Assembly (NCBI GenBank): GCA_040954595.2
Contig: JBECUI020000025.1
Span: forward strand, 419,406 to 483,405
Length of the DNA: 64,000 nucleotides
Origin: Balanoglossus misakiensis
Lineage: Eukaryota; Animalia; Hemichordata
Direction: 5' to 3'
Of the stretch, positions 61,028 to 64,000 are shown in pieces. The notes under the pieces were generated by a model. It saw nothing but the letters and a program-made list of their open reading frames with translations. It ran no database searches and was not told the DNA's origin. The translations under genes and the position numbers were made by a program. Numbering within the stretch: position 1 is the first letter of the stretch; every line of letters starts with the position of its first letter.

Positions 61028-63581
61028 GTGATAATACCGGACAAAACAAAGTGTACGATCTTCCCCTCTGAGGTAGTAGCAGAGTTTTACAAGCGTTTGA
61101 TCCTCCGCCGGGGCGCAGGTGCCGTGCGATCGTCGAACTTTCAGTCTTGGGACACATACCGGGCACATAACGACTCGGACAAGCGCCCTGCGAATATACA
61201 CAGTCGATACTTCTTTTGCCGACAATTCCTCCATGAGAACTCTGATTTTTCATTCTGTAAACAGCAACTCTATCCGCAGGAGATACCCTTGCACGATGCA
61301 CTGGTACATTCCCTCTCCGACCTGCCGGACATACACCGACACAGCAAGAAACTCCCGAAGTGGCTTGTTCGGAACATTGAACGCCTGTATACAGCATACT
61401 CGGAGTTTTTAACAAACAGCGGATTCTATGAACCAACATGGATAAAGCCGGGCGAAGCACCAGCAAACACAGCCTTTTTCTTGCCCGACCTACAGAAGGA
61501 CTATCAGAAAGACTATGCCTCGCATCAGGTTGCTGATACGGATATAACATTGGTAGAAACCCTGCCGGATCCACCCAGTTTAAGCTACTATCAATATCCG
61601 GACGCCGTAACCGAGATAGAGCATAGCATGGACAGGATTGAAGAGCTCTTGGACTCAGGAACGGATAGAGAGGACATTCTTATTACCGTTGGAGCATTGG
61701 AAGAATACAAGCATACAATGGCATCCATTGCCGAGTACTACGAGATTCCCCTATCCTTCCATGCCGGCACAGTCTTAATAGACAGCCCTGAAAGCAGACT
61801 GTTTGCAGGAATAAACCAGTGTATACAGCAGAATTTTGCAGCCGAATCATTAGCGGAGATATTTCTCGATCCCTCGCTACAATGGAAAGATGCATCACTA
61901 TTGCAAGAGATTCTCCGTATTGGGAAAAGACGCGGCTGTACACTTGGATCAGTTGATCCCGGGGGCAATCGCTGGAGGAAGGGCTTATATCATACACCCG
62001 CAAGCCTTCGTAATGTATTTTGGAAAGATCATCAGCAGTATCCGGAAGTTTCCCAGAGCCGCAAGCATCGCAGACTTGCGCAAGGAAATAACACAATTTA
62101 TCCATACATTCCTGCATCAGGATCCGGAGCGGAGACTCCTGACCCTGGAACTTGCAATACGAGAGCTTGATAAACTGGAACTACTAGTAGACAAACTCGT
62201 ATCAAAAAACCTACTAAACTCAAAACTGATACACCCCTGGGAGTACTTTCTGACATGGCTTCAAAACTACGCCTATACACCCCCCAATAACGAGAATTGC
62301 ATCGTCGTATATCCCTATGGCGTCTCTGCAGGCGTCTGCCCGAAACATCATTTTATACTGAACTTCAGCCAGCAGGACAGCCAGCGTCGATATCCGACCC
62401 CTCCATGGATAAACGAAGACATGCAGCAACGCATGGAATGGGACGGAGCCGACCTATCGGAAACGTATGTACAGGCATACTGTAAGTCCGGGCAAGAAAT
62501 TCAGTGCAGTTATGCAGTATCATGTTTCGGAAACCCGCGTATCCCGCAGCATAGTATCCCCAGGGAAGTAATGCCGGGAACAAAACGCAGTCAAAATCGA
62601 ATACTTCAAGATACAACATGGTGGAAGAGCAAGCAACCCGAATTACAATCGCTGAGCACCCTGCAGGCACTTGGCATTGAACATCAACTGAAAACAGGCA
62701 TGCAAAAGAAAAGAGCCGACTATTGTCGCGAAGTTATATCGGACCCGGAACTGCGAAAACGCATTGCCGCAACAATAGCAGATAAGCCACTTTCCTTAAC
62801 CGCCATAGACCGCTTTTTACTCTGCCCCTTCTCCTTTCTTATGCATACCCTGCTGAAGCTCCCGGAAGAGCAAGCAACGAACGAGCAAGAGCTTGCAAAA
62901 ATGATTGGACAGGTATATCACGCAGTACTACGAGATTACTTTCTCCATCTAAAGCAGAAGGGAGAAGCCATTGGACTGCAACACGAAGAAGCATTGCAGA
63001 CCCTCATTGGAGAACATAGCAAGATGTTACAGCCCTACACAGTGGATATCTCAGTGCAAAAGAAAAAGATCCAGCAGGTTATCCGGCAATGCATCAGCAC
63101 CCTGTCGACGAAGTTTGACAACAGCCACCCTTGGGAAGTTGAAAAGGAATTTACTACCACAATAAAATCCGTTCCAGTAACGGGAAAGATTGACCTTATT
63201 CTCCATCATAATAACGAACTCGCTATTATTGATTATAAAAAATCCGCCATCCCTACCCCCGCCCAGCTGATTGGAGAACAGCGCACGACAATACAGCTTC
63301 CCGTATACACCCATTTGTTAATGAGCACCGGCCATACCAACATCGGCAATATCTGCTACTATTCCCTTGAAAAGGGACAGTTACGACATCTATTTGGTAA
63401 CTTCCCGTCCATGAAGAGAGTAATAGAAGGCATGGAGTTTCAAGATTTAATGAAAGAAGTTCCATGGGTAGTACAATCAATATATGAGCGAATACAAAGG
63501 GGAGACTTTCGATGCCATGAGAGATGTGAACACTGTACATCTCCGGCTCTGAGCCGAATGCGTTATTATATACAATCATGA
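61028..63581 (+). CDS. addB: AddB/RexB-like PD-(D/E)XK nuclease subunit, split by one frameshift near 62010
   Basis: C-terminal CPF...G.VYH, GKIDL..IIDYK, QLPVY, C..C; lies directly upstream of a UvrD helicase; promoter TTGACA-18-TACACT at 60985-61014. Confidence 0.7.
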
Positions 63582-64000
63582 TGCAAATTGATACAGAACA
63601 GAAGCAAGCAATTACCAGTCTATCAAACACCGTTGTACATGCCAGTGCCGGAAGTGGAAAAACATCCGTTATTGCACAACGCTACCTCTACCTCGTCCAA
63701 GAAAAACAGGTACCTATACAATCAATCCTCTGCCTGACCTTTACGCGTAAGGCAGCAGGTGAAATGCATGAACGCATATATCATCTGCTCCGAAAGCAGA
63801 CCGGCACCCCCTTTGTAGAAGAACAGTTAAAAACCTTCGACCGGAATAATATTAGCACCATTGATAGCTTCTGTACCGATATTGTACGCAATAACGCATT
63901 GTATTTCGGCATTCAATCCGCCGGTCCCACACCCCCTTGGGAACACCGGGACATCTTACATCGCATAGCCCTGGAAACAGTGGAGAAGAATCAGGAATCT
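63578..64000 (+). CDS. addA: AddA/UvrD-family helicase, N-terminal part (runs off the window)
   Basis: EQKQAI...HASAGSGKT, LTFTRKAAGEM..RI, ISTIDSFC; ATGA overlap with the upstream stop. Confidence 0.8.
   Translation, partial: MMQIDTEQKQAITSLSNTVVHASAGSGKTSVIAQRYLYLVQEKQVPIQSILCLTFTRKAAGEMHERIYHLLRKQTGTPFVEEQLKTFDRNNISTIDSFCTDIVRNNALYFGIQSAGPTPPWEHRDILHRIALETVEKNQES

Noticed and set aside
1-64000. tRNA, rRNA, prophage or intact IS elements
   Set aside because: None recognised by eye; a covariance-model scan would be needed to exclude small RNAs

Overview
Bacterial chromosome segment, most likely a spirochaete (HflC style, stand-alone rpsD, FAEG/SATG/AAGS-type solute-binding-protein leaders). 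Core genes sit at both ends: hflC-murE-ddl, dapL, cdd, rpsD and a maltose-type ABC operon at 1-11.6 kb, and addB/addA-like genes at 61-64 kb. Between them (about 12.1-60.9 kb) is a visibly AT-richer accessory region with no integrase or transposase. It holds a nucleoside ABC/hydrolase module, an EcoRI-family methyltransferase-ORF6N-DUF262/HNH operon followed by DUF2971 and PIN-like genes, a lyxose-isomerase/PfkB/aldolase/ABC sugar module, a TAXI-TRAP opine-type catabolic operon, an sgcX/sgcQ-like ABC-FGGY module and many gene fragments. The main structural observation is that the modules lie between long, slightly diverged direct repeats made of ordinary gene pieces (414, about 985, 785, about 540, about 270 and about 130 bp), with microhomology junctions and internally deleted ghost copies of neighbouring modules. 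A second observation is that the two ORF6N copies keep the same DNA palindrome core but read it in different codon frames. All calls come from reading the sequence and remembered motifs; no database search or alignment program was run.
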